A stretch of DNA of 64,000 nucleotides, taken from NCBI GenBank assembly GCA_041395905.1, contig JAWKZP010000011.1:769-64768 (forward strand), read 5' to 3'. Shown piece by piece: positions 18,811 to 27,982 of this stretch. The notes below the pieces were generated by a model. That model did no database searches. It worked only from the letters and a program-made list of their open reading frames with translations, and was not told the origin of the DNA. The stretch is from Pseudomonadales bacterium (GTDB taxonomy: Bacteria > Pseudomonadota > Gammaproteobacteria > Pseudomonadales > Azotimanducaceae). A program made the position numbers and the translations under genes. The first letter of the stretch is position 1; each line of letters opens with the position of its first letter.

Positions 18811-19512
18811 ATGAGCAACCGCCAGTCCCGTCAGGTCACGCGCACGCGCAACACCATCATCGCGTTCGTAGCGCTGGTCGCAATCATCGTCATCGGCTAC
18901 GGCACGCTGTACAGCACCGGCGTGACCGAGGGCGAATTTGCCGAAGGCGAGCACTATCGCGTAATCGAAGATGCCAAGCCGCGCCGGCCCGGCGCGCCCA
19001 TCGAGGTGCGCGAGTTCTTTTCCTACGGGTGCATTCACTGCCGCAACTTCGACCCGCTCATCGAGGAGTGGCTGCAGACCCTGCCCGCGGACGTCCGTTT
19101 CGAACGCTCGCCCGTGGTGTTCTCGCCCATGTGGACACTGCTGGCACAGACTTACTTTGCGCTCGACGCGCTCGGCGCCCTCGCCGAGAACCATCAGCGG
19201 CTGTTTCGTGCCATTCACGACAACGGCCGCCAGTTCCTGTCCGCCGATATGCTCGCCGATTTCGTCGACGGCCACGGCGTGACCCGCGAGCAGTTTCTGG
19301 AAGCCTTCAACTCGGCTCCGGTACGGCGCAAGGTAGGCGCCACCGAGCAGCTGCAGCGCGAGTTGGGCATCGCCAGCGTACCCACGCTGGTGGTGGACGA
19401 CCGGTACGTCGTGGGCATGGACGTAGGGCGCAAGACCGCGCTCGACGTGGTGAACCACCTCATCGAGCTGGAGCGGAATTCGGCCCCGGGGAGCGCGGCG
19501 GCGGCTGACTGA
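18811..19512 (+). CDS. dsbA: Thiol:disulfide interchange protein, DsbA family
   Basis: N-terminal anchor/signal (IIAFVALVAIIVIGYG), a CxxC active site FFSYGCIHCRNFDP, and GIASVPTLVV (cis-Pro loop). Confidence 0.88.
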   Translation: MSNRQSRQVTRTRNTIIAFVALVAIIVIGYGTLYSTGVTEGEFAEGEHYRVIEDAKPRRPGAPIEVREFFSYGCIHCRNFDPLIEEWLQTLPADVRFERSPVVFSPMWTLLAQTYFALDALGALAENHQRLFRAIHDNGRQFLSADMLADFVDGHGVTREQFLEAFNSAPVRRKVGATEQLQRELGIASVPTLVVDDRYVVGMDVGRKTALDVVNHLIELERNSAPGSAAAAD

Positions 19513-19523
19513 CGCGGTCGTCG

Positions 19524-19559
19524 CTGGCGCTGATCGTCTGGCCAACGGATCGGCGCCAG
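19524..19559. terminator. Candidate bidirectional hairpin between convergent dsbA and dabA
   Basis: CTGGCGCTGATC (19524-19535) pairs with GATCGGCGCCAG (19548-19559), 11 of 12 bp. There is no clear U-tract on either side. Confidence 0.35.
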
Positions 19560-19637
19560 GCGTTCCGCACCCGGAGGCACTTCTGCCGCTCCGGGGCGGC
19601 ACTTCTCACGGGCGCGGGGCGCCGTTGCCAGCCCCGC

Positions 19638-22142
19638 TCAGACGCCCGTCCAGCCGCCCTGGTAGAAGCGTTCGATGGTAGCGCCGTCATCGTCGAGCCG
19701 GAACAGGAACAGCCAGTCGTTGTCGATCAGCTGGCGCACCGTGTCGTGCCGGGCGGCGATGTCCGCAATCGCCTCCGCGGGAGCCGAGACGTACACGCTC
19801 AGGCGCTGGAATCGATGCATCCAGCGCGCGCCATCGTGCAGCGACTGCAGCGGCAGCCCGATTCGCAGATCACCGCCGTTGCCTTCGAACACCCCCGGAT
19901 TGCCGAACACGACGTTGTGCAGCACCTTGTTGCCGCTGCCGTACTTGAGATTGTCCGCCGCCGAGGCGTTGTACTGCATGTTGATCCAGTGCGTGACCAG
20001 CATGGGCGCCGTCATGATCATCTCGAGCTTCGCGAAACCGTCGTCGGCACGCCAGCAGTAGTCGTGCAGGAATGCCCGCCCTTCGAGATCGAGACCACGG
20101 GTGCGTGCGCGCGGCGCGATGATGAACGACGCGTTGTCCGCCAACCCCCATTCCGGACGCACCTGAGACCAGTCGCGCGCTCGCCGGCGCAGCGCCGAAC
20201 GCAGCGATCCGTTGCCTTTGCCGGCCAGACCCAGGTCCGGCGCACGCTCCGCCCGGGCCAGCTGACCCGCCGCGTTCAGCCATGCTTGGAGCGTCGGGTC
20301 CGGCTCGGTCTGATCGAAGCAGCGCACCTCGTCCGTGGTGGTGTCGTGCAGTGCCGCCACGAATCGGGTGGCCCGGGGAATCCTGATGCCGTCCCCCTGC
20401 AGCGCTTCACGGACCGCAGGATCGTTGAGCAGCATTGCCAGCACGCGCACATTCACCTCGCCGGTCTGGCCGCCGCACGCGCCGCAGTCGAGCGCCGCTG
20501 CATGCGGGTTGTTGCGGCTCGAGCTGCCGTGGCCGACCAGCAGAACTGTGGTCGCGAAGTCTTCGACCAGGCCCATGGCACGCAGCACAGAGCCGGCCAG
20601 CTCGGCCCGCTCGGTTGCGGTCAGCTCCTGCCCATCGCGACTCAGCGTCCACGACGCATCGGCAACCAGCCGATTGACCGGATGCTGGTGGGCGGCAGGA
20701 AACAGGCTGTCCCTGAGCAGCTTGAACGCGTAGCGCAATCCCGCCGCTTCTACCACGCTGAACATCGCCGGCGCTGCATCGGTGAGCTCCGCCCAGCGCG
20801 CGCGACGGTCGAGTGCGCGGCCCCGCGCCGGGTCGGCTTGCGGCCGGTCGGTAACCCGCAATGCCGGCTTGAGCAATCCGGGGAGCTGCGGGCGCACGTA
20901 GTTGGTACCTGTCGGCTGATAGTCGATGGGCAAGCCGAAGAATCCGGCGAATCCCAGCGTGCGGATTGCCGGATCCTGCGCTTCCAGCGCGCGCCGCATG
21001 ACCTCCGAGCGCACGTCGATGCAGAACACCGCCTGCAGCAACGCCGATCGGCCGGAGCCGGCGGAATTCTCAGGCTGGCCGGCATCGTCAGCGCCGGTGC
21101 TGAAGTCCGGACCCGCGGGCGGCGGTGACGGCAGCCGCAGCTGCTGGTGCAGACCCTGCTGATAGGCGAGCTCCGCTGCGCGCTGCCAGACCCAGGTGAG
21201 CTGCTGCGCGTCGCGATGCGCCTGGAACAGCAGCGCCACGCAGCCGAGCTGTTTGCGCCACAGGCAGCTCGTATGCCGGAAGCCGGCCGCGTCCGTGGCC
21301 GCCTGGTGCCGCCACAGCACCAGATCCCACGCCAGCCGGATCGCCAGCAGATCCTGCAGGAGGGCGTTGTGCGAACCGTGCAGCTGGTCCTGAAAACGCA
21401 AATACGCAATCCAGGACGCCCAGCCATTGACGTCCAACAGCAGCGCGTGCGCGTATGCGCCCGCCACCGACGCATCGGCCTCGAGCTCGGCGAAGGCCTG
21501 TGCCAGCAGCGCGTCAGGCTGCTCCGGCAGCGAGTCGAACTGCGCGTCGAGATCTGGTTCGCCCATGAGGATGCTGATGCCGCGATCGCCGCGTGTGACG
21601 CCCAGCCAGTAACGATACAGGGCCCCGCCGCGTGTGCCGGCGCGGGGCGCGGCAGCGTCGCGCCGAGGCTCTGCCAGCAGCCCGCTGCGCACCGCGGCGG
21701 CGCAGAGCTGGCTGATCTGATGGGTGATCTCGTCGCGCCATGCCATGCGGTGCTGGCGGTCCCTGACCCCGTCCAGCAGGTCGCTGACGTTGTGCCAGTG
21801 GCTGCCCGAATCCGCGTCCTCGAGATGCGCCAGCAATTGCTCGATCGACACCTCCAGACCCGCCTCGGCGGCCGCACCCTGCAGATGCGCCGGCTCGATG
21901 GAATTGCGCCACAACGAGCGGTAGTAGTCGCCGGGCATCAGGCAGCGCACTCCGCCCAGGGCCGCAAGCCGCGCGGTCACTTCCGCCAGCGGCAGATCGC
22001 GCAGCTCCCACCAGGGATTGACCGCGATGAGCTGCTCCAACGGCCAGGTGGGCGCAATACGCGAGCAGGCTTCGTCGGCGGCCTGCCGCAGCGGCGCCGA
22101 CAACGCTGAGGCGCTGCTGCTGACTTCTGCAACGGCATTCAT
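19638..22142 (-). CDS. dabA: DabA, DUF2309-family subunit of a DAB-type inorganic-carbon accumulating complex
   Basis: ATG 22142 overlaps the dabB stop (ATGA). The N-terminus reads ...RIAPTWPLEQLIAVNPWW. Candidate Zn ligands are C-x-D in AVFCIDVRSE, and H then C 15 residues later in VGHGSSSRNNPHAAALDCGACGG. 834 aa. Confidence 0.88.
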   Translation of the reverse strand: MNAVAEVSSSASALSAPLRQAADEACSRIAPTWPLEQLIAVNPWWELRDLPLAEVTARLAALGGVRCLMPGDYYRSLWRNSIEPAHLQGAAAEAGLEVSIEQLLAHLEDADSGSHWHNVSDLLDGVRDRQHRMAWRDEITHQISQLCAAAVRSGLLAEPRRDAAAPRAGTRGGALYRYWLGVTRGDRGISILMGEPDLDAQFDSLPEQPDALLAQAFAELEADASVAGAYAHALLLDVNGWASWIAYLRFQDQLHGSHNALLQDLLAIRLAWDLVLWRHQAATDAAGFRHTSCLWRKQLGCVALLFQAHRDAQQLTWVWQRAAELAYQQGLHQQLRLPSPPPAGPDFSTGADDAGQPENSAGSGRSALLQAVFCIDVRSEVMRRALEAQDPAIRTLGFAGFFGLPIDYQPTGTNYVRPQLPGLLKPALRVTDRPQADPARGRALDRRARWAELTDAAPAMFSVVEAAGLRYAFKLLRDSLFPAAHQHPVNRLVADASWTLSRDGQELTATERAELAGSVLRAMGLVEDFATTVLLVGHGSSSRNNPHAAALDCGACGGQTGEVNVRVLAMLLNDPAVREALQGDGIRIPRATRFVAALHDTTTDEVRCFDQTEPDPTLQAWLNAAGQLARAERAPDLGLAGKGNGSLRSALRRRARDWSQVRPEWGLADNASFIIAPRARTRGLDLEGRAFLHDYCWRADDGFAKLEMIMTAPMLVTHWINMQYNASAADNLKYGSGNKVLHNVVFGNPGVFEGNGGDLRIGLPLQSLHDGARWMHRFQRLSVYVSAPAEAIADIAARHDTVRQLIDNDWLFLFRLDDDGATIERFYQGGWTGV

Positions 22143-23707
22143 CGAGCTGTCTCCTCGGTTTGAGTATCGAGTCGTTTGGGATTGCGCCGCACCGGCAGCT
22201 GCACAGGCCAGAGCCTCAAGGTGGTACGGGTGAACCACTCGTCGAGGTACAGACCTGCGAACAACCACTCGGACAGACGTCGGGCCGGCACGCCGTCAGG
22301 CCGGAAGCGCAGCAGCCAATAAGCGCCGATCAGCAGCGTGACCAGCAACCCGACCCAGATGTCGGGCAGCCAGCCCTCCGGCACCGCAACCGCTGGAACC
22401 AGCACGCCGGCCAGATGTTTCTGGGCGAGATACGCCAGCACCAGCGCTAGCGCCAGCCCAAGCGCCGGCACGAACGTGCCGGCGCCCCGGAGGCCACGCT
22501 CGCCGAGCAGCAGGGTCAGCGCGGCCGCAAGCAGCAGCCAGACACTGAGTGGAGCCTGCATTGCGTCCGTGCCCGTCGCCATCAGTCCCATCAGCACCAG
22601 CGGCAGCGCCCAGACGGCACCACGCAGCCAGGCCAGGCGCGACGACGCCGGCACGGGCGCCAGACGCCTCGTCAGCGCCTGTTCCGCCGCCGACCCGGCG
22701 TCGAGAAAGCTGTACGCTTTGTAGCAGCCATGCGCGACCAGGTGCAGCAGCGCCAGCTGATACAGCCCCAGGGCGCATTCCACCAGCATCAGCCCCATCT
22801 GCGCGCTGGTCGACCACGCGAGCTTGACCTTGACGCTGACGCGGGTCCCCATGATCAGCGCGGCGAGCACGGTGGTGAGACCCGCCACCACCAGCACCAG
22901 CCATTGCGCGGCGACGGCCTGAGAAAACAGCGGCGCGAACAGAATCAGCAGATAGCCGCCCAGATTGATGATGCCGGCATGCAGCAGAGCGGATACCGGC
23001 GTGGGCGCCTCGACGACCTGAATGAGCCAGCCGTGCACAGGCAGCTGGGCGCACTTGATCAGCGCGGCCAGCGCAATCAGCAGCGCCGCCGCCTGGTCGT
23101 ATCCGCTCAGCTGGGACTGCCCGACGTGGGCGACGATCTCACTGATGTGCCAGGTGCCGTGGGCGCTGTAGAGCAGCAGGGCGGCGCACAGGAGCGCAAG
23201 CTCTGCCAGCCGCGCCAGCAGGAATTTCTTGTGCGCCGCCAGCGCGGCGCGGGAACGCTCCGGGTAGAACAGCAGCAGCTGATGCAGGCCGAGGCTGATG
23301 GCCAGCCAACCCCCCAGCAGCACCAGCAGGTGGTCGGTGAGCACGACGATGGTCACCGCGGCCAGGGTGACGTGCAGCCGCGCGACGTAGCTCGCCTCAC
23401 GGGACTCACCGCTCAGGCAGGTGTGCGAGTAGCGAACCACCACCAGACCGATGAAGGTAATGAGCAGCAGCATGACCAGGCTCAGGGGCGCGGGGCTCAG
23501 CAGTCCGAGCGGCCGCCAGCCGCCCGCCGGGTCGGAGACCGACAGCAGCCCGGCCAGCACGGCCGCGGCGATGGCCGCTGCCAGCGCGAGGACGCTCGTC
23601 GTCTCGGCGGCACGCCAGCGCCAGGCGCGCGAGCTGAAGGCTCCCCCCAGCAGCAGCAGTGCAGGCACGCTGAGCAGCAGCAGGGATTGCAGGGTGAGAA
23701 GCGACAT
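22139..23707 (-). CDS. dabB: DabB, NuoL/MrpA-like proton-conducting membrane subunit
   Basis: 522 aa and polytopic. The conserved core ...PTPVSALLHAGIINLGGYLL... is typical of the complex-I antiporter-like (PF00361) family. It lies immediately upstream of, and coupled to, the DUF2309 gene. Confidence 0.88.
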   Translation of the reverse strand: MSLLTLQSLLLLSVPALLLLGGAFSSRAWRWRAAETTSVLALAAAIAAAVLAGLLSVSDPAGGWRPLGLLSPAPLSLVMLLLITFIGLVVVRYSHTCLSGESREASYVARLHVTLAAVTIVVLTDHLLVLLGGWLAISLGLHQLLLFYPERSRAALAAHKKFLLARLAELALLCAALLLYSAHGTWHISEIVAHVGQSQLSGYDQAAALLIALAALIKCAQLPVHGWLIQVVEAPTPVSALLHAGIINLGGYLLILFAPLFSQAVAAQWLVLVVAGLTTVLAALIMGTRVSVKVKLAWSTSAQMGLMLVECALGLYQLALLHLVAHGCYKAYSFLDAGSAAEQALTRRLAPVPASSRLAWLRGAVWALPLVLMGLMATGTDAMQAPLSVWLLLAAALTLLLGERGLRGAGTFVPALGLALALVLAYLAQKHLAGVLVPAVAVPEGWLPDIWVGLLVTLLIGAYWLLRFRPDGVPARRLSEWLFAGLYLDEWFTRTTLRLWPVQLPVRRNPKRLDTQTEETAR

Positions 23708-23790
23708 CGATCACGGCTCCAGGGCTTGGCACTGGGCGCGCAGTATCGACATCGGGAAACGTCACGTAAAATAGATATAAATTGATATTT

Positions 23791-23809
23791 CGTTCTGTTT
23801 AAAAGAACG
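23791..23809. promoter_or_regulatory. Candidate LysR-type operator in the dabB / LysR divergent promoter
   Basis: Perfect inverted repeat CGTTCT-gtttaaa-AGAACG inside the only AT-rich patch of the window (about 23765-23812). Confidence 0.35.
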
Positions 23810-23849
23810 TTAACTCGGAACCTTCCTCTCAGGCCAACGGAGGCTCCTC

Positions 23850-24746
23850 GTGGCGCGGCTCAACTACCATCACCTCTACTACTTCTGGCGGGTCGCGTCG
23901 GAAGGCAACCTCACCCGTGTCGCCAGCAGCCTGCACGTCTCGCAGTCCGCGCTCTCCTCGCAGATCCGCCAGCTCGAGGAGAGCAGCGGCACGCGCCTGT
24001 TCGAACGGCAGGGCCGCGCGCTGGTGCTGACCGACAGCGGCCGCCGCGTACTTGCCTACGCCAACGACATCTTCGCCAAGGGTGAGGAGCTCGAATCGCT
24101 GTTGCGCCACGGCATCGAGCCGAAGACGCAGCTGCTGCGCATCGGCATGCTGTCCACCATCTCGCGCAACTTCATCGATGCCTTCGTCGCGCCGCTGCTG
24201 AATGACCGAACGGTGCGCTTCAGCCTGCACGCACGCAACCTGGACGGTCTGCTGGAAGGGCTCGTGAAGCACCAGCTCGACGTCGCGTTGACCAACAGCA
24301 GCGTGCAGGGCAACGACGAGCAGGTCTGGCAGAGCCAGCTGCTCGCCCGCCAGCCGGTGTCCATAGTCGGCCCGCCGAAGGGCCGCCCACGGGGGCGGTT
24401 TCCGCGCGGCTACGCACGCAAGCGCTGGGTTCTGCCGGCGGCGCCGAGCGAGGTGCGCTCCGCGTTCGATGCGTTCTGCACCGTGCAGCAGTTCGAACCC
24501 GACGTACAGGCAGAGGCCGACGACATGGCGATGCTGCGGCTGCTGGCCCGGGACAGCGGCGCGCTCGCGGTGTTGCCCACCGTGGTGGTGCGCGACGAAA
24601 TTCAGCAGGGGGTGCTGCGCGAGTACATGAGCCTGCCCAGCGTTTTCGAGAGCTTCTACGCCATAACCATCAGGCGCAGCTTCGTGCCGGCCGTGCTGCA
24701 GGGATTGCTTGCCCCCTTCACCCAGGCAGATGCCACGCCGCCCTGA
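23850..24746 (+). CDS. LysR-family transcriptional regulator (NhaR-like)
   Basis: GTG 23850 lies 7 nt after GGAGG. The N-terminal wHTH MARLNYHHLYYFWRVASEGNLTRVASSLHVSQSALSSQIRQLEE resembles NhaR. Confidence 0.9.
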   Translation: MARLNYHHLYYFWRVASEGNLTRVASSLHVSQSALSSQIRQLEESSGTRLFERQGRALVLTDSGRRVLAYANDIFAKGEELESLLRHGIEPKTQLLRIGMLSTISRNFIDAFVAPLLNDRTVRFSLHARNLDGLLEGLVKHQLDVALTNSSVQGNDEQVWQSQLLARQPVSIVGPPKGRPRGRFPRGYARKRWVLPAAPSEVRSAFDAFCTVQQFEPDVQAEADDMAMLRLLARDSGALAVLPTVVVRDEIQQGVLREYMSLPSVFESFYAITIRRSFVPAVLQGLLAPFTQADATPP

Positions 24747-24793
24747 GCGCGTGCGGTAGCGGGCGCTGGTCCGCCCCGCCGGATCGCCGGCCG

Positions 24794-27040
24794 TCAGTAC
24801 CACCAGGTCAGGGTAGCGCCGTATCGGCGCGGCTCACCGAGCTGATAGAAACCGCGCGCGGTATAGCCATCGCGCGGATCGTTGCCGAAGTAGAAGCCGC
24901 GCTGGGCGTAGTCATGGTCGCTCAGATTGCGGCCCCACAGCTTCAACGACCAGCGCGGGGCTTCGTAGCCGATGCTGGCATGCCAGAGCACGTACGCGTT
25001 CGAGTGCAGGTCGCCTGCGTTGCTCACGTAGCGCGGGCTGTTGGAGAAGTAGAAGCTGTCGCGGCCTTCGCTCTCCACCCGTGCGTACCAGCGCGGGGCC
25101 GGTCGCAGCTCCACCCCGGCGTAAAACTGATAGTGCGGCGCGTGCGCCTGCTCCTCGCCAGACAGGTCCTCCCCGGCCTGATTGACGAACTTCCGATACT
25201 CGGTGTCGAGCAGGCCGACGTTGGCAAACAGCGTGAGCGCTTCGAGAGGCCGGTAGTCGATTTCGAGCTCGGCTCCCCGGTTGCTGCCGTCTGCGGCGTT
25301 GCCGATCAGGTCGATGAACTCGGCGCTGCCGTCACTGCGAAGGCGCACGATGGAGGTGTCCACCTGCACGTCGTCACGCCGCATGTAGAACAGCGCGGCG
25401 CGCACGTCGAGCGCGCCGTCGAGCCAGCTGCCCTTCCAACCCAGCTCCGCGTTCCACAGATGCTCGGGGTCGTACTCGCGCAGGTCGGCGTCCAGGCTGC
25501 CGCTGATGTTGAAGCCCCCCGCCTTGTAGCCGCGGGTCAGGCTGAAGTAGCTCATCAGGTGGTCGCTCAGGTCAGCCTGCACCACCAGCCTGCCGCCGAG
25601 CATGTCGTCACGCGGCCGAAAGCGCAGCGCTTCCGAGTCACGATAGCGCGCCTCGTGACGCTCGCCGCGCAGCCCCAGGGTCACGCGCACGCCGGTGCTG
25701 ACACGGCTGGTCAGCTCGCCATACAGGGCCACGCGGTCGACGTCGTAGCTGCTGGTGAAATCCGCGGGGAAAAACGTGTAGCGCCGGGTGAGGTCGACCT
25801 GCTGGCGCAGCGCGTAAACGCCCACCAGCCAGTCGGTGGAGTCGGCGAACAGACGCCCTGCGTCGCCGGACAGCCAGCGCAGATCCAGCGACGCCGTATC
25901 CCGGTTGCGCAGGTACGCGTCCGTCGACGCGTAGCCGTCGGGGTCGAAGCCGGGGTACGTCCAGTCCTCGTCGTAGCCGTAGTCGATGTCGCTCGCCGCC
26001 AGCCCGAGCGTGCCCTGGAAGGTCACCGCCTCGTTCATGTCCCAGCCCAGGCGCAGACTGCCGAAGCGGCTCTGCTGCGCGTCCCTGCCCGGCTGATCCG
26101 ACAAGGTGTTGCGGTCGTTGTCCAGGGAAAAGGCGTCGTAGCCGTTGTCGGCGTCGACGTAACCCAGCATCAGGTCGAGCATGCTGGAGTCGCTGGGCGC
26201 CCAGGACAGGCGTCCCCGCGCCGTCAGCTCGTCATGGTTGCTGGTGTCGTCGCGCCGCAGATAGCGGTTTCGCATGAAACCGTCGTCGCGGTAGCGCTGC
26301 ACCGCCAGGCGCGCGCCGAGATTCTCCGTCAGCGGCCCGGACAGCACGCCGCCCAGACCCGCGCTGTCGTAGCTGCCCCCATCGAGGCGCAGCCGGGCAC
26401 TGAAGCTGTCGCTGGGGGCGTTGCTGCGCACGTTGATCAATCCGCCCAGGGCGTTGGCACCATAGACGGTGCCCTGGGGCCCCCGCAGCACCTCGACCTG
26501 AGCGACATCGAACAGCGTCGCCGCGGTGCCGATGCCGCTCATGTCGACCCCGTCGAGCACCAGTCCCACCGACGGATTCAGCGGCTCGGCGAACTGGCCG
26601 CGCTCACCGATGCCACGGATCTGCACGAACCGGGCGCGCGAACCGCCGCTGGAAAGATTCACGTTGGGAACCCAGCCCAGCACCTCTTCGAGATGGTTGA
26701 CGGTGCCCGCACGCTGCTCGTCCAGGCTGATCACCGAGATGCTCGCCGCGCTGTCGGCGAGCGCCGTGGGCCGCAGCTCGCCGGTGACGACGATCTCCTC
26801 GATGGGACCGGGGGCAGGCGTCTCCGCAGCAGAATCGGGCACGGCTGCGGCCGCCTGGGCGCTGGCCGGGCCGCCGGGAACGCCGATCGCAAGAATCAGC
26901 GGCAGTACCCACCGGAGGTCTCTGCGTCGGCATGCCGCAGCATGCGGAGCGGTGCTCCGAGCCGTGCCGGAGGCGGGCTCGGCGAGTCCACGCGCCCGGC
27001 GGCACGATTGCGGAAAACAAGGTTCTGAATGGTCAGACAT
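24794..27040 (-). CDS. TonB-dependent outer-membrane receptor (probable thiamine/thiamine-precursor uptake)
   Basis: ATG 27040 lies 8 nt after AGGAG (the track's TTG at 27064 is less likely). There is a signal peptide, a plug domain (IEEIVVTGELR, ...VEVLRGPQGTVYGANALGGLINV) and a 22-strand-type barrel ending ...RRYGATLTWWY. A TPP riboswitch sits in the leader. Confidence 0.9.
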   Translation of the reverse strand: MSDHSEPCFPQSCRRARGLAEPASGTARSTAPHAAACRRRDLRWVLPLILAIGVPGGPASAQAAAAVPDSAAETPAPGPIEEIVVTGELRPTALADSAASISVISLDEQRAGTVNHLEEVLGWVPNVNLSSGGSRARFVQIRGIGERGQFAEPLNPSVGLVLDGVDMSGIGTAATLFDVAQVEVLRGPQGTVYGANALGGLINVRSNAPSDSFSARLRLDGGSYDSAGLGGVLSGPLTENLGARLAVQRYRDDGFMRNRYLRRDDTSNHDELTARGRLSWAPSDSSMLDLMLGYVDADNGYDAFSLDNDRNTLSDQPGRDAQQSRFGSLRLGWDMNEAVTFQGTLGLAASDIDYGYDEDWTYPGFDPDGYASTDAYLRNRDTASLDLRWLSGDAGRLFADSTDWLVGVYALRQQVDLTRRYTFFPADFTSSYDVDRVALYGELTSRVSTGVRVTLGLRGERHEARYRDSEALRFRPRDDMLGGRLVVQADLSDHLMSYFSLTRGYKAGGFNISGSLDADLREYDPEHLWNAELGWKGSWLDGALDVRAALFYMRRDDVQVDTSIVRLRSDGSAEFIDLIGNAADGSNRGAELEIDYRPLEALTLFANVGLLDTEYRKFVNQAGEDLSGEEQAHAPHYQFYAGVELRPAPRWYARVESEGRDSFYFSNSPRYVSNAGDLHSNAYVLWHASIGYEAPRWSLKLWGRNLSDHDYAQRGFYFGNDPRDGYTARGFYQLGEPRRYGATLTWWY

Positions 27041-27110
27041 GGCGTTCAGCTCCTGAATGGACAATGTGAACGCCTAAGGGGGAGCGAGCCGACGGACTGT
27101 CAGTACGCCT

Positions 27111-27199
27111 GTCCTATTCCTACGCCGGCATTACCCGGTTCAGGTTCAAAGGGTCCGTCTCGCTGACGAGACGTCTCAGGTGTAACCACCCCTCAGGAC
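27111..27199 (-). promoter_or_regulatory. TPP (THI-box) riboswitch aptamer
   Basis: Minus-strand RNA: GUCCUGAGGGGUGGUUACACCUGAGACGUCUCGUCAGCGAGACGGACCCUUUGAACCUGAACCGGGUAAUGCCGGCGUAGGAAUAGGAC. It contains the invariant CUGAGA and ACCCUUUGAACCUGA..GG.UAAUGCC.GCGUAGGAA blocks and a closing P1 (GUCCU/AGGAC). Downstream, GCUCC (about 27089) can pair with the SD GGAGC (about 27050). Confidence 0.9.
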
Positions 27200-27325
27200 G
27201 AGACCATTGTTTCAGAGCCGCGCAGCCGATTGCAAACCGCATCCACTGCGCCGCCGGCTGCCTTCAGCTTGTGTTCAGGTTCGCGGCGTAATCTGAGCCG
27301 CGAACAGTCACAGAGGCCCTGATCC

Positions 27326-27961
27326 GTGAGCGAATACGACGCGTTGCTGCAGACCATTGCGCTGACCATGGGCGTCGCCTGGGCCAGCGGCATCAATCTC
27401 TACGCTGCGGTGGCCATGCTCGGTCTCGGCGGCACGCTGGGCTACATCGACCTGCCGCCGACCCTCGAGACCGTGCAGGACCCGCTGGTGATTCTGGCCG
27501 CCTGCTTCATGTACTGCGTCGAGTTCATGGCGGACAAGACCCCGGGCGTGGACAGCGGCTGGGACGCGCTGCACACGTTCATCCGCATCCCGGCGGGCGC
27601 GGCCCTCGCCGCCGGCGCGGTGGGTGACGTCACCCCGGCGCTGGCCATCGCCGCCGGACTTGTGGGCGGCAGCGTCACGGCCGCAACCCATGCCGGCAAG
27701 GCGGGCACCCGGGTGCTCATCAACACGTCGCCCGAGCCGTTCAGCAACTGGGCCGCATCCATAACCGAAGATCTGGCCGTGTTCGCCGGCCTCTGGGCAG
27801 CGCTTCAGCACCCCGTGCTATACTTGCTCGCCTTCGCAGCGTTTCTGCTTCTCCTATGCTGGCTGATGCCCAAAATCTGGCGCGCCGTGGCGCTCCTGTT
27901 CAGAAAGATCGGTGCCTGGCTCGGCCTGACCCAGAACCGCCCCGCGCCGTCCGGCAGCTGA
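27326..27961 (+). CDS. DUF4126-family inner-membrane protein
   Basis: GTG start. ...GVAWASGINLYAAVAMLGLGG...YCVEFMADKTPGVDSGWDALHTFIRIPAGA... matches my recollection of DUF4126 proteins. Multi-TM. Confidence 0.7.
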   Translation: MSEYDALLQTIALTMGVAWASGINLYAAVAMLGLGGTLGYIDLPPTLETVQDPLVILAACFMYCVEFMADKTPGVDSGWDALHTFIRIPAGAALAAGAVGDVTPALAIAAGLVGGSVTAATHAGKAGTRVLINTSPEPFSNWAASITEDLAVFAGLWAALQHPVLYLLAFAAFLLLLCWLMPKIWRAVALLFRKIGAWLGLTQNRPAPSGS

Positions 27962-27982
27962 TTCCCCTGCGACCCGGCCAGC

